Assembly: GCA_041690215.1 (NCBI GenBank)
Contig: JAWLHQ010000003.1
Coordinates: 193,792 to 257,791 of the forward strand
Direction: 5' to 3'
Source of the DNA: Rhodothermales bacterium
Lineage (GTDB): Bacteria > Bacteroidota > Rhodothermia > Rhodothermales > DASSAV01
Length of the DNA stretch: 64,000 nucleotides
Shown here: positions 19,393 to 29,582 of the stretch, piece after piece
How positions within the stretch are numbered: the first letter of the stretch is position 1
How the letters are laid out: the number at the start of each line of letters is the position of its first letter
Translations under genes and position numbers: made by a program
Notes under the pieces: generated by a model
What the model was told of the DNA's origin: nothing
Seen by the model: the letters and a program-made list of their open reading frames with translations, nothing else
Databases searched by the model: none

Positions 19393-20424
19393 TCACCCGA
19401 ACTGGTAGGCACGGCGTCGCAAGAGATAGAGAAAGAAGGGCACCCCGCAGACCGCCGTAACGATACCTACGGGAAGTTCCTGTGCGGGAAGCAACGTGCG
19501 TGCGACCAAATCCGCCCAGATCATGAAGACGGCTCCCGCCAGAAAGCTCACAGGAAGTACACGCCGGTGCGGCACGCCGGTGATGGAGCGTACCGCATGC
19601 GGAACGATCAATCCGACGAAACCGATGACACCGACAGCCGCGACGAGCGTGCCCGTCACGAGTGCTGTAATGGCCAGTATGACACGTTTAATCACCTCCA
19701 CGCGGAATCCCAGATTGAACGCGGGCTCCTCCCCGAGGAGAAAGGCATCCAGCGAGCGCGAAAGCCCTACAAATACCAGCAACCCGGCGCAGGTCGTAAC
19801 GGTAGGCAGCCATACCATTCCCCACTGTGCTCCACTGAAAGAACCCAGCAACCAGAAAAGCACTGCCCGGATGCGGTTCAGATCCGGCGAGGCCAGTGTA
19901 ATCAGCGAAGTGACCGCCGCCATCAATGCCGAGATAGCCACCCCGGCCAGTAACAGGCGCGCAACGGACACGGTAGGCCCGGTACGGGCGACGAGATATA
20001 CCAGCGTGATGGCGAGTAACCCGCCGAGAAATGCAGCGAGGGGCATCGAGAGGGTCTGGCTGAGCAGAGGCGGCAGGAGCCCCAGGTAGAACAGCGAAGC
20101 TCCGGCGGAAGCACCACTGGATATGCCCAGAATGTACGGCTCGGCAAGCGGGTTACGGACGAGCGCTTGCATCACGACACCGGACACGGCCAGCCCACCT
20201 CCCGCCAGCAATGCCAGAATGACCCTCGGCATGCGCAGGTCCCAGAGGATACGCTCGTCCACCGTCTGCGGCGTCTCGGCTCGCACGGAGGAGATGAAAC
20301 GGTGCCAGAGCATCTGAAACACCTCACCGAAAGCTATCTGCTCACTGCCGAAAGCGGCCCCTGCTCCTACAGAAACTACGAGAAGGACCAACAGCGCGAC
20401 GTAAATCCAGATCAATCGACTCAT
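19393..20424 (-). CDS. FecCD/BtuC-family ABC transporter permease
   Basis: LRMPR, Q...RNPLAEPYILGISSGA, LGEE.A..LG, G.IGFVGLIVPH, LPVGIVT; ATGA overlap with the binding-protein gene. Confidence 0.93.
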   Translation of the reverse strand: MSRLIWIYVALLVLLVVSVGAGAAFGSEQIAFGEVFQMLWHRFISSVRAETPQTVDERILWDLRMPRVILALLAGGGLAVSGVVMQALVRNPLAEPYILGISSGASAGASLFYLGLLPPLLSQTLSMPLAAFLGGLLAITLVYLVARTGPTVSVARLLLAGVAISALMAAVTSLITLASPDLNRIRAVLFWLLGSFSGAQWGMVWLPTVTTCAGLLVFVGLSRSLDAFLLGEEPAFNLGFRVEVIKRVILAITALVTGTLVAAVGVIGFVGLIVPHAVRSITGVPHRRVLPVSFLAGAVFMIWADLVARTLLPAQELPVGIVTAVCGVPFFLYLLRRRAYQFG

Positions 20425-21413
20425 AGGCGCTCCGCAGCAACGGCCGAACCAGGTGGCTCGCTCCCCTGCGATGGGTGATCGGATGGGAAGAGATCAGGGT
20501 GTATGAGTCGCACGAGGCGCTGCACGCCCTCGACGAGACGAGGACCGGGACGACTGATGAAATCTCCCGAAAGGTTGTACACCCTGCCCTGCTGAACGGC
20601 GGGGAGGGCGTCCCACGTAGGGTGGAGTGCCAGCAGCCGATCGACATCGTATGCTTCACCCCAGGTGCCGATCAGAATATCCGGCGCGGCTTTCAGAACG
20701 AACTCCTCGCTCAGTACCGGGCTGTTTCCAAGGTCCTTCGTCAGACTGCGTCCTCCGGCCAGTTCGATCAGGTCGTGGACATGGCTCTCTTTGCCGAATG
20801 CATTGAGCGTCTCAGCTCCAATCAATACGATCACGCCCGGCTTGTTGCTCACCTGCTCTGTCAATGTTCGAAGCGAATAGAGCTCGGCTTCGAGGCTGTC
20901 GGCCGTTGCGGTTGCCTCATGGACAGTGCCCATGATCTCGCCAGCCTTTCGTATCCCCGCAATGACATCTTCCAGCGAGGAGAAACGGAAGAAGAATGTG
21001 GGCATGCCGAGCGATTCGAACGTGCCGGCATCACGCGGACTATTGACCTGATCCGTCGCCAGTACGACATCCGGTTTGAGCGACAGCACCTTCTCGAAAT
21101 CAACGGGTAGCGCCGAGAAGCGCGGCAGCGTATCGACGGAAGGCGGGTAGTCGTCCGCTGTCGTTACACCAACGAGTTTGTCTCCCCCACCCGCCGCATA
21201 CACGATCTCGGTCAGGTTGGGTGCGAGCGTAACGACGCGCTTCACCGGACCGCGCAGTGCTACAGAACGTCCAAGATCGTCCGTATACTGGGTTGCCCAT
21301 TGCTCAGAACGCTCTTCTCGCTCCGTACAGGCCGTCAACGTCCCCGTGAACAAGAGTCCCAAGCACAGGAGGACTCGAATCAAAACGGGTACACGTGAAC
21401 CGGATCTGCGCAT
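20421..21413 (-). CDS. BtuF-like cobalamin/iron-chelate binding lipoprotein
   Basis: Lipobox LTAC; TDDLGR.V....RVVTLAPNLTEIV, DYP, EKVLSLKPD, SEE, RPGPRL. Confidence 0.88.
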   Translation of the reverse strand: MRRSGSRVPVLIRVLLCLGLLFTGTLTACTEREERSEQWATQYTDDLGRSVALRGPVKRVVTLAPNLTEIVYAAGGGDKLVGVTTADDYPPSVDTLPRFSALPVDFEKVLSLKPDVVLATDQVNSPRDAGTFESLGMPTFFFRFSSLEDVIAGIRKAGEIMGTVHEATATADSLEAELYSLRTLTEQVSNKPGVIVLIGAETLNAFGKESHVHDLIELAGGRSLTKDLGNSPVLSEEFVLKAAPDILIGTWGEAYDVDRLLALHPTWDALPAVQQGRVYNLSGDFISRPGPRLVEGVQRLVRLIHPDLFPSDHPSQGSEPPGSAVAAERL

Positions 21414-21576
21414 GAGTACGTACTGAAGCAAGTGGTATGGAAACAGGACTGCCTGTGCGCCGCAACGCATTGCTCTAGGAGCAAAATACAACCTCTGTCC
21501 GCCCGGTGTATGAGAAGAGCCGATGGCGTACGTTGCGCGGCACCTCACAAAACCATACGCTACCCTTCTCTATCAC

Positions 21577-22506
21577 GTGTGTACGCGGTATGCCTTCATT
21601 CTGAATCCGGCAGCAGGACATGGACGGGCTGGCCGGAAGCGCGCCTTGCTGGAGCGCCGCCTGAGCCGCATGGGGATGGAGTACGAGCTATATGTCACGC
21701 AGGGTCCTGACCATGCCATGAAACTGGCCGAACAACTGGCTGGATCAGTGGACGCCGTCATAGCCGTCGGTGGGGATGGGACAATCCGGGAGGTCGGCGG
21801 AGGACTGATTGCGAGCCGTGCGCCGGTCCCCTTTGGCATCGTTCCACTAGGAACGGGTAACGACCTCGCCCGGAGCCTGAAAATCCCTCGTTCCATCAAC
21901 GGCGCCCTGCAGCTGCTACGCAGGGCGCGTCCCATGCCCATCGACTACGGGACCTTGCACTGGACCGGGGAAGGCGGAGCAGGCCAGACGATCTTTATTA
22001 ATGCTGTGGGGACAGGTTTTGACGCGGCAGTAGCGCTTGCTTCGGAACGATTTAAACGGCTGCCAGGCAAAGCGGCCTACCTTTGCGCCGTGCCGCAGGT
22101 TCTAAGGCACTGGACGACACCGTCTGTTCGAGTCACGCTAAACCGGGAAGGCACTCCATCCGAAGCGCTTTCTGTGGAGCAGCTATTCATGATGACAGTG
22201 GCTAACGGGACCTCTTCCGGCGGAGGCATCCGTCTCACGCCGGATGCCTCCGTATCCGACGGCTTGCTCGACGTATGCCTCGTGCGAAAGCCGTCCGCCT
22301 GGCGCCTGGTTCGACTCTTTCCCCGAGCACTACGAGGAACGCACGTCAACGCTCCCGAGGTGTATATACGCACCCTTACCAGTCTCGCGTTCGAGACCGA
22401 GACGCCCCTTCCCGTACATGCCGATGGCGAGGTGATTACGCAAACCATGCAGCAGATGGAGGTCCGCGTCGTTACAGGCGGCCTGTCCATACTTGGTCCG
22501 CAGTAA
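21577..22506 (+). CDS. diacylglycerol/lipid kinase family (YegS/BmrU)
   Basis: NPAAG, GGDGT, PLGTGNDLAR, GFDA, GGG, DGLLDV, ADGE; start uncertain (21523 or GTG 21577). Confidence 0.9.
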   Translation: MCTRYAFILNPAAGHGRAGRKRALLERRLSRMGMEYELYVTQGPDHAMKLAEQLAGSVDAVIAVGGDGTIREVGGGLIASRAPVPFGIVPLGTGNDLARSLKIPRSINGALQLLRRARPMPIDYGTLHWTGEGGAGQTIFINAVGTGFDAAVALASERFKRLPGKAAYLCAVPQVLRHWTTPSVRVTLNREGTPSEALSVEQLFMMTVANGTSSGGGIRLTPDASVSDGLLDVCLVRKPSAWRLVRLFPRALRGTHVNAPEVYIRTLTSLAFETETPLPVHADGEVITQTMQQMEVRVVTGGLSILGPQ

Positions 22507-22614
22507 CTTTTCGAAATGGAATGAGGGGCATTTAATCCCAACCCGGACCATCCGATACCTGAGACACGCCTTGAGATTACGATTCTACCCCCTCCACCAT
22601 TGCGTGTCTCCTCC

Positions 22615-24000
22615 GTGAAAAAGAAGATTTACATCGTCGACGACGAGCCCAAACTCGGTGAACTCTTCGCGACCGTTCTGCGCCGTGACGGGTTCGATGC
22701 TCAGTCCTTCGTGAGCTCGATTCCGATGCTGGAGCAGATCGATGAAGGTCAACTGCCGGACGTCATCCTGACCGACCTGATGATGCCCGGGCTGAATGGC
22801 ATCGAGTTGATCGAGGCCCTGAAGGAGCGCAAGCTGCACGTTCCAGTCATCATCATGACGGCGCATTCGTCCGTGCAGACGGCCGTGGAAGCCATGCGGC
22901 TGGGGGCATTCCACTACCTCCAGAAGCCGGTGAACCTGGAGGAGATGCGCACGCTCCTGAACAAGGCGCTCGAACTCTACGATGTGAAGCAGGAGCTGGA
23001 GGAGATCAAAAGCACGCAGCGTGCATCCTTCCCGATTAGCGGTATCCTCGGCGAAAGTGACGCAGTGGAGCGTGTACGCGAGACGATCCGTACTCTTCGC
23101 GACGTGCCAAACACCATCGTGCTGATCCGGGGTGAGACGGGCACCGGTAAAAACCTCGTCGCAAAGACGATTCACTACAACTCGGTGTACAATGCCGGGC
23201 GGTTCATGGAGATCAACTGCGCGGCCCTGCCCGACAACCTTCTCGAAGCTGAACTGTTCGGATATGAGAAGGGGGCCTTTACCGATGCGCGCGCCTCAAA
23301 ACCCGGCCTTCTCGAAGTAGCCGATGGCGGCACGGTGTTTCTGGATGAGATCGACTCGATGAGTATCTCGCTGCAGGCGAAACTGCTCTCTTTCCTGGAA
23401 AGCCGGACGTTCCGTCGCCTGGGCGGCGTGGAGGACCTCCGCGTAACCACGCGCATTCTCTGCGCCACGAACGCCAACCTGGAAGAGAACGTCGCCGCCA
23501 AGAAATTCAGGAAAGACCTCTTCTTCCGCATCAACGTCGTCAACGTATACCTTCCTCCCCTCCGGCAGATGGGGCGGGATATGCTTTTAATCGCTTCCGA
23601 GATCGTCAAGACGTTCAACAAAGAACTCGGACGAGACGTACGAGGGTTCACGCCTGCAGCGGAGGAGCGGCTCGTTGAGCATTCCTGGCCCGGCAACGTC
23701 CGTGAGCTTCGGAATGTGCTGGAGCGTGCCATGATCTTCACTCGCGGTCCCTACATCGACGCGAATGACCTTGTCTTGACGCCCATTGACCGCATCGAGG
23801 AGGTCGAAGAATCTGGCGACATGTTCCGTTTCCCCAGCGGGGCGACGCTCGAAGAGCTCGAATGCGCGTACATCAAGCATACCCTCCAGCGTTCCCGCTC
23901 CAGCTACGGTGACGTGGCACAAACCCTGGGAATCTCGAAAAAGACGCTGTGGGACAAGCGTAAGCGATACAACCTGGACGAAATAACGGAACGGGTTTGA
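22615..24000 (+). CDS. sigma-54-dependent response regulator (NtrC/AtoC family)
   Basis: Receiver domain (DDE, D.MMP, KP); AAA+ GETGTGK, ELFGYEKGAFTDA, FLDEI, WPGNVREL; C-terminal Fis-type HTH. Confidence 0.95.
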   Translation: MKKKIYIVDDEPKLGELFATVLRRDGFDAQSFVSSIPMLEQIDEGQLPDVILTDLMMPGLNGIELIEALKERKLHVPVIIMTAHSSVQTAVEAMRLGAFHYLQKPVNLEEMRTLLNKALELYDVKQELEEIKSTQRASFPISGILGESDAVERVRETIRTLRDVPNTIVLIRGETGTGKNLVAKTIHYNSVYNAGRFMEINCAALPDNLLEAELFGYEKGAFTDARASKPGLLEVADGGTVFLDEIDSMSISLQAKLLSFLESRTFRRLGGVEDLRVTTRILCATNANLEENVAAKKFRKDLFFRINVVNVYLPPLRQMGRDMLLIASEIVKTFNKELGRDVRGFTPAAEERLVEHSWPGNVRELRNVLERAMIFTRGPYIDANDLVLTPIDRIEEVEESGDMFRFPSGATLEELECAYIKHTLQRSRSSYGDVAQTLGISKKTLWDKRKRYNLDEITERV

Positions 24001-24121
24001 TGCGGCGGTATGGTGCTCACGTCGGGATTGAGCTGATACCAGCCCCTTTGCGGACCTGAACCGGAGGAGGTTTAGAATTCTCTGAGGTCTGTAGGGAAGG
24101 GTGGGGCGCGTCCCTACATTC

Positions 24122-24889
24122 ATGGGTGACGCTATCCAAACCTTGTATGCCGTGAGCACCCTTCCCCCGTCGCTACCCCACATTCCGGCAGGTGAACTTG
24201 CCCGCATGATCGACCATACCCTGCTCAAGCCGGATGCAACCGAGCAGGAGATCCGCCACCTCTGCACCGAAGCCAGGCAATACGGCTTCGCCACTGTCTG
24301 CATCAATCCTTGCTATGTCTCGCTCTGCGCCGACCTCCTGAACGACGCACGTTCCGGTATATGCACCGTCATCGGCTTTCCACTCGGCGCGAACGTCACG
24401 GCCATCAAAGCTGCGGAAACGGTCCAGGCGATTCGGGATGGCGCGACGGAGGTCGACATGGTCATCAACATCGGCAAGCTTAAGAGTGGCCGGTATGAAT
24501 ACGTGAAGGCGGATATCCGCGGCGTGGTAGAGGCGGCTCGTTCCGTGACAGCATCGAACAGCGCCCGTGCAGAGGACCACGTCGCCGTCAAAGTCATTAT
24601 CGAGACGGCACTGCTTACGAACGATGAAAAGGTGATAGCCTGCGAGCTGGCGCGAGAGGCCGGCGCGGACTTCGTCAAGACCTCTACCGGATTCGCCGCC
24701 TCCGGCGCAACAGCCGAAGATGTCGCGCTCATGCGCAAGGTCGTTGGCAACCAGCTGGGGATCAAGGCTTCCGGCGGTATCCGTACCTACGAAGCCGCAC
24801 TGCGCATGATTGCCAGCGGCGCCAGCCGGATCGGTGCCAGTGCATCGGTCGCCATCCTCACCGGTGGCGCGGGTTCAGGCCCCTACTGA
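24122..24889 (+). CDS. deoC: deoxyribose-phosphate aldolase
   Basis: [46 protein letters not shown]; start uncertain. Confidence 0.95.
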   Translation: MGDAIQTLYAVSTLPPSLPHIPAGELARMIDHTLLKPDATEQEIRHLCTEARQYGFATVCINPCYVSLCADLLNDARSGICTVIGFPLGANVTAIKAAETVQAIRDGATEVDMVINIGKLKSGRYEYVKADIRGVVEAARSVTASNSARAEDHVAVKVIIETALLTNDEKVIACELAREAGADFVKTSTGFAASGATAEDVALMRKVVGNQLGIKASGGIRTYEAALRMIASGASRIGASASVAILTGGAGSGPY

Positions 24890-24900
24890 CACCGGCAGAT

Positions 24901-25710
24901 TCAGGTCGGCGCCCCGATCCGGTGCGCCTGGATGAAGGCGATGGCATACTGATTGAAACGCTCGGGAGCCTCTACGTTGCACACGTGACCGGCGTGCTCG
25001 ATGATTTTCAACACGCTACTCCGGTGCCGTTCCACGCTGCGGCGCACCTCTGGGAGGAACATATGGTCATGCTCTCCCATGAGGTAAAGAACCGGTACGG
25101 GTGGTTCGTGTGCTTCGAACCTGCGGAGAAGCGGATTCACGCCCCACGCAAGCTGGAACCAGCGTACAAACTCGGCTTGCTTGAGCTTGCGCGCTTCACG
25201 TATGAAGACAGCACGGGCCTCCCGATTTTGCCGCCGGGGCATGAGAATCCACGCGGCAAGCCGGTAGATCCAGAGGTATGGCAATACCCGTTTAAACACA
25301 TTCCCGAGTGCGATCAACACCCTGGACCGCAGATTGAGCCGTATCACGGCTCCGCCCAGTACCATGCTGGCCACTCGCTCGGGTGCCAATTCATAGAGCG
25401 AACGAATGATGACGGACCCTAGCGAAATACCGATAAAATGTGCACGTTCGATCCCCAGGTGGTCGAGCACATTCAACACATCGCGACTGATCTCCTCAAA
25501 CGTGTAGACCGAATGTTTCGCCGGTTCGGCTTTCAAGCGTGAGTCGCCGTGCCCACGGAGATCAATGAGCAGAACATTGAAGTACTTCTGGAACGCACGG
25601 ATCTGCTTGAACCAGATCGCAGAACTCCCCCCTGCACCGTGGATGAACACGACCCAATCCGCCTCAGGCGCGCACTCATACGTCCGGTAATGTAGCAGAA
25701 CGGGTTCCAC
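24901..25710 (-). CDS. alpha/beta hydrolase
   Basis: HGAGG, DLRGHG, GISLG nucleophile, GEHD, AGHVCN. Confidence 0.88.
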   Translation of the reverse strand: MEPVLLHYRTYECAPEADWVVFIHGAGGSSAIWFKQIRAFQKYFNVLLIDLRGHGDSRLKAEPAKHSVYTFEEISRDVLNVLDHLGIERAHFIGISLGSVIIRSLYELAPERVASMVLGGAVIRLNLRSRVLIALGNVFKRVLPYLWIYRLAAWILMPRRQNREARAVFIREARKLKQAEFVRWFQLAWGVNPLLRRFEAHEPPVPVLYLMGEHDHMFLPEVRRSVERHRSSVLKIIEHAGHVCNVEAPERFNQYAIAFIQAHRIGAPT

Positions 25711-26033
25711 GTAGGACGGAGATCAGGACGTGCTACACATAGCCAACGCAACCGCTACGCGATACTTCCATCACATCACAGCGGTTTCTCAGCCAGACGT
25801 ACACCTCAGCTTCTCTCCAGTAAAGTGGCCCAATTTCTGTGGCCGACGGTGTAGTATCCGGACACGATAGGTCTCATGCATGCCCCTCGATGCATGAACG
25901 CGTCGGCATCTGAAGAGCCAGACGCTTGAGCACACCATGCCTCGGCCCGAAGTCAACACTGGATAGGCTGATCGGCTGGAACAAAAGAGCGCACAGGGGC
26001 TAGACTCGAATCGCACAAGTAACTAGAACCTCC

Positions 26034-26576
26034 ATGCGTAAGCTCGGCTTATTCTTCCTCTTCTCCTTCTTGCTCACGGCCTGTAGTACCACCGGTCCCA
26101 TCCGGGATACGGATCGAGGGTCCCAGGACACGATCGAACCCGCTCCTGAGCAGCCCATCGATTATGCGGCGTTCGAAGACTTCGATCCCACTCCGTATGC
26201 CGACGAACCTCTCGGCGAAAGCGTCCTCCAACACGACGTTCCTGCAGAACTCATGGAAAACCGTGCTGCAGCGAGTGTTGCACGTACGGGCCGGGGATAC
26301 CGCATCCAGATTACCCAGACGCAGGATAAATCCGCCGCCGACGCCATGCTGGCGGAAGCCGTGGCATGGTGGCGTGAACAAGCGGCCAAGCCTGACTCTC
26401 CCTCATTCTTCGATCAGGGTGAGTCTCCTGTCTATATCCTCTACCGGCAGCCCTACTACCGTGTGCGCCTCGGCAACTTTGTTTCACAAGCCGACGCCCT
26501 GAGCGCCCTGAGCCACGTCAGTGCTCGTTTCCCTGGCGCCGCCGTCGTGCCGGATACGGTCACGCTGCCGCGCTGA
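26034..26576 (+). CDS. SPOR-domain lipoprotein
   Basis: Lipobox LTAC; GYRIQI...PYYRVRLGNF. Confidence 0.82.
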   Translation: MRKLGLFFLFSFLLTACSTTGPIRDTDRGSQDTIEPAPEQPIDYAAFEDFDPTPYADEPLGESVLQHDVPAELMENRAAASVARTGRGYRIQITQTQDKSAADAMLAEAVAWWREQAAKPDSPSFFDQGESPVYILYRQPYYRVRLGNFVSQADALSALSHVSARFPGAAVVPDTVTLPR

Positions 26577-26584
26577 TCAGCAAT

Positions 26585-26640
26585 AAGGCTGAGAAGCCGA
26601 GCGCCTACATCATCGCAGCTCGCCTCCTCAGCCTTTGGTT
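26585..26640. terminator. hairpin between convergent genes (probable terminator)
   Basis: AAGGCTGAG...CTCAGCCTT stem with inner GAGC/GCTC pairing. Confidence 0.6.
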
Positions 26641-26655
26641 CTTGTCCGGACGCTC

Positions 26656-27531
26656 TTACCGCAATGCCGACTCGAGTGTGGTCGCGGCATCCGTCCGTTC
26701 ATCCCGGTATTTCACGATCATGGGCGCATAAAGTGAGATCCCGTGCTCTTTAGCGAAAGCACTGGATACCGCTCGCGAGCCTGGCACGACCACAGCCCCC
26801 TCGGGAATCTCAAGCGGACCATTCTCGGTCCTGGAAAGCACGCGCTCATTCACGAGATCGTACACACGCATGGACCCGGTCAGAATGACACCGGAGGCCA
26901 GCACCGCACGTGCACGGACGATGCAGCCCTCGTAGACCCCGCACCCGCCCCCGACAAACACGTCATCTTCGATGATGACCGGTACTGCACCGACCGGTTC
27001 CAGAACGCCTCCTATCTGGGCCGCAGCCGAAAGGTGCACCCGCTTGCCGATCTGTGCGCAGCTCCCGACGAGCGCATGCGAGTCCACCATCGTGCCCTCG
27101 TCTACATACGCCCCCACGTTGATGTACATGGGCGGCATGCAGACGACACCCGGCGCCACATACGCCCCGCTCCGGATCGTGGAGCCCCCCGGAACCACTC
27201 GCACGCCGTTCTCCAGGCTCAACGGCTTGGTCGGATAGGTGTGTTTATCGAAGAAAGAAAAAGGCGGATTCGAGAAGTCACGCATTTCGCCAAGCCGGAA
27301 GCCGAGCAAAATGCCCTGTTTCACCCAGGCATGTGCCGTCCAGGTGCCATCCGCATTGCGCGACGCAGATCGGATGGTGCCACTATTGAGTGCTTCGAGA
27401 AACTCTTGAAAAACCGACTCTGCCTCCTTTCGATCCAGCGTATCCGCCGTTTGTGCTGCCAGCGATTCGATGCGTGTACGTAACTCTTGCACGTCGTCTC
27501 CAGAATTGATGGGTAAGAGTGATTGGCTCAC
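26656..27531 (-). CDS. dapD: tetrahydrodipicolinate N-succinyltransferase
   Basis: [44 protein letters not shown] hexapeptide repeats. Confidence 0.95.
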   Translation of the reverse strand: MSQSLLPINSGDDVQELRTRIESLAAQTADTLDRKEAESVFQEFLEALNSGTIRSASRNADGTWTAHAWVKQGILLGFRLGEMRDFSNPPFSFFDKHTYPTKPLSLENGVRVVPGGSTIRSGAYVAPGVVCMPPMYINVGAYVDEGTMVDSHALVGSCAQIGKRVHLSAAAQIGGVLEPVGAVPVIIEDDVFVGGGCGVYEGCIVRARAVLASGVILTGSMRVYDLVNERVLSRTENGPLEIPEGAVVVPGSRAVSSAFAKEHGISLYAPMIVKYRDERTDAATTLESALR

Positions 27532-27690
27532 GTGTTGAAAATAGCACCGGCTTGCATGCAGGTGAGACTCGCGGCTCCGTAATACACCCGGGTGCCGCGT
27601 GTATTACCCTGTTTTTGCCGGTATTTCATCCGGCAGCCAGAGGGAACACAGCGCGCCGATCTCCTGGTGATCCGGAATCCGAAACCGGCA

Positions 27691-28200
27691 TCACACCCGC
27701 ATGAATCCTCCCACGATAGGATCAGACCGCAACGCCTCGATATCGCTTTCGCTCGGACGAATCGGACGATCACGGTCGCAGGCTACCAGGCACAGGAAAC
27801 CGAGCGGCTCCGATTCGTGCGCGTGGAACTGGTGCCAGGTCATCGGAGGGATATACACCAGATCGAAAGCCGAGATGTCGGTGATCGTGCCCCCGACGAG
27901 CACGCGGCCGCGTCCCCGGAGAATGAGCACCGCATGGACGTGCTGATGCTTCTCGAATGTAGAGTGACCTCCGGGCGCTACCTCGAAATACCGCAGTTCC
28001 GTCGGCAGGCCAGCCTCCTCGCCAAAGAGCACCTGCCGCGTGATATCCTTGAAGTGCGTCCCGGTCTGCTTGTATGCCAGGAGATCGACGTCATCCCAGC
28101 GGTACCCTTCCGGCGTACGCCGAAACTTGCGCACTCCTGGTTGCATGGGGGCCACGTCCTGACCAGAAGCCGGTACGTTTTCGTGTGTCTTGCTATTCAT
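27691..28200 (-). CDS. cupin protein, probable MTXu-5P methylsulfurylase
   Basis: RWDDV...YK...F..ITRQVLF, LRYFEVAPGGHSTFEKHQHVH, WHQF, GFLCLV..DRDRP; lies directly downstream of the RLP; start chosen at ATG 28200. Confidence 0.82.
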   Translation of the reverse strand: MNSKTHENVPASGQDVAPMQPGVRKFRRTPEGYRWDDVDLLAYKQTGTHFKDITRQVLFGEEAGLPTELRYFEVAPGGHSTFEKHQHVHAVLILRGRGRVLVGGTITDISAFDLVYIPPMTWHQFHAHESEPLGFLCLVACDRDRPIRPSESDIEALRSDPIVGGFMRV

Positions 28201-28286
28201 TACAGCAGCGATTCCAGGGAAATCCGGTTGGCACCGAAAGCTAACGAGCCGGATGCCGGAAAGTCCCCCCGTGTATATGATCTTTG

Positions 28287-29402
28287 TTATGCTTTCGCCT
28301 GCTCGAGCGCGGCCTGTTCGACGCTGAGCATGAAATCGCGCGTGCGCTCCGTAAGCGCCTCGCCCGCCTCCAGCAGACTGCCGCCAACGAGCAGCATCGT
28401 ATCGATCCCAAAGAACGCGGTCAGTTCGGCTGACCGCTGCGCACTCATACCGCCCGCAGGCACCGGCATGGCAGGCCGAACCGCTCCCCATTCGGCCCGG
28501 AGCGTTGTTGCGATGCCGGCGCATGTCTCCTGCGACGAACTGAACCGTCCGCCGTAGTTGGCAAAGATGACGGCGTCCGCTCCGTAGAGCCGAAAGATCT
28601 TGCCGAGCAATGTACGCTCCGCGATCCGTGTGGCCCCGGCAAAACTCGGGTGAGCCAGTACCGGTACGTCCAGATGATCCCGCACGAGCTGATAAAAGAA
28701 CGGCAGACCGAGCAGCATCGGAGCAGCCATCACCGCACCCACTCCTTCATTCTGGGCAAATGCGGCCTGGCGAAACACCTCGTCCGGCGTGCCCGAAAGG
28801 TTCGGCACGTACACGGCGCGGTGACCGGTCCGCTCCGCCACATCGTTCACCGCCTGCTGGCACGCCCGCACTCGCTCTTCAAAGGGACAGAACGGGTGAT
28901 CGCCCAGATAGTGATCATCTTTGATGAAGTCGATCCCCCCTTCCGCGAACCGGCGGCACAGATCGGCCAGTTCCGTAACCGTGAGCCCCACCGGTTTCAG
29001 CGCCGTGCACGTGAGCGGGCGGTCGTACGCACCGGTCAGGCGACGAAGGCCCTCGATGCCGAACCGGGGACCGCTGAATCTGTCTCGTACCGAGGCCGGC
29101 AGTTCGAAATCCAGGAATACGACCTCTTCGTGCAGCGATGCGTTGCCGTATAGCACATTCAGAAACTGCGCTGCATCCACGGAGGCGGTAATTGTGGGCA
29201 GTGCGATTACCGCCCGGTACCCCCCCTCCCCATCCGGAGTAAGGCTACGGATCTGTCCCAGCATGTGCTCCCGGACGAATGGGTACCGCTGCGCAACCGT
29301 CAGTGGCGTCTCGATGCTCTGTTCCACCATGACGGACTCAGCAAATGCCGAGACCTCTCCCTCAGGTGTCCGGATTTGATAGACGATCTCGATGTATTCC
29401 AT
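28287..29402 (-). CDS. RuBisCO-like protein (form IV), probable MTRu-1P isomerase
   Basis: EQSIE, GP.FGI.GLR, ALKP.G, GGIDFIKDDH, LAHP, PAGG, GGSL; KDDH and loss of the loop-6 Lys (GGRF) argue against carboxylase activity; start MEYIE. Confidence 0.9.
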   Translation of the reverse strand: MEYIEIVYQIRTPEGEVSAFAESVMVEQSIETPLTVAQRYPFVREHMLGQIRSLTPDGEGGYRAVIALPTITASVDAAQFLNVLYGNASLHEEVVFLDFELPASVRDRFSGPRFGIEGLRRLTGAYDRPLTCTALKPVGLTVTELADLCRRFAEGGIDFIKDDHYLGDHPFCPFEERVRACQQAVNDVAERTGHRAVYVPNLSGTPDEVFRQAAFAQNEGVGAVMAAPMLLGLPFFYQLVRDHLDVPVLAHPSFAGATRIAERTLLGKIFRLYGADAVIFANYGGRFSSSQETCAGIATTLRAEWGAVRPAMPVPAGGMSAQRSAELTAFFGIDTMLLVGGSLLEAGEALTERTRDFMLSVEQAALEQAKA

Positions 29403-29582
29403 CAGGTGTAGATGCTTTACAGAAACGTACAGCCCCGTAGCCCGCCCTACCTTGTAGCAGACCAACCAATATCGTAGATAGAGAAGCCAAATTGGATGTC
29501 CAAGTGGCAAGCGCGTGCCAATTCCCTTCCCATTCACGTGGCACGGTCAACCTGCCTCTTGAAACAGATACGATGAGCGCAC

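Noticed and set aside
21414-21576. Cobalamin riboswitch upstream of the btuF-like gene
   Set aside because: No conserved GGGAA, GCCACTG or B12-box elements seen on the minus strand
27691-28524. 277-aa long version of the cupin ORF
   Set aside because: The N-terminal extension overlaps the RLP 3' end out of frame; the cupin-like sequence begins after ATG 28200
28287-29402. True RuBisCO / carbon fixation
   Set aside because: KDDH instead of KDDE, no loop-6 Lys, short length, and no small subunit or phosphoribulokinase nearby
29506-29520. Sigma-54 promoter TGGCACG...TTGC on the minus strand upstream of the RLP
   Set aside because: GG-to-GC spacing is 9 nt rather than the required 10
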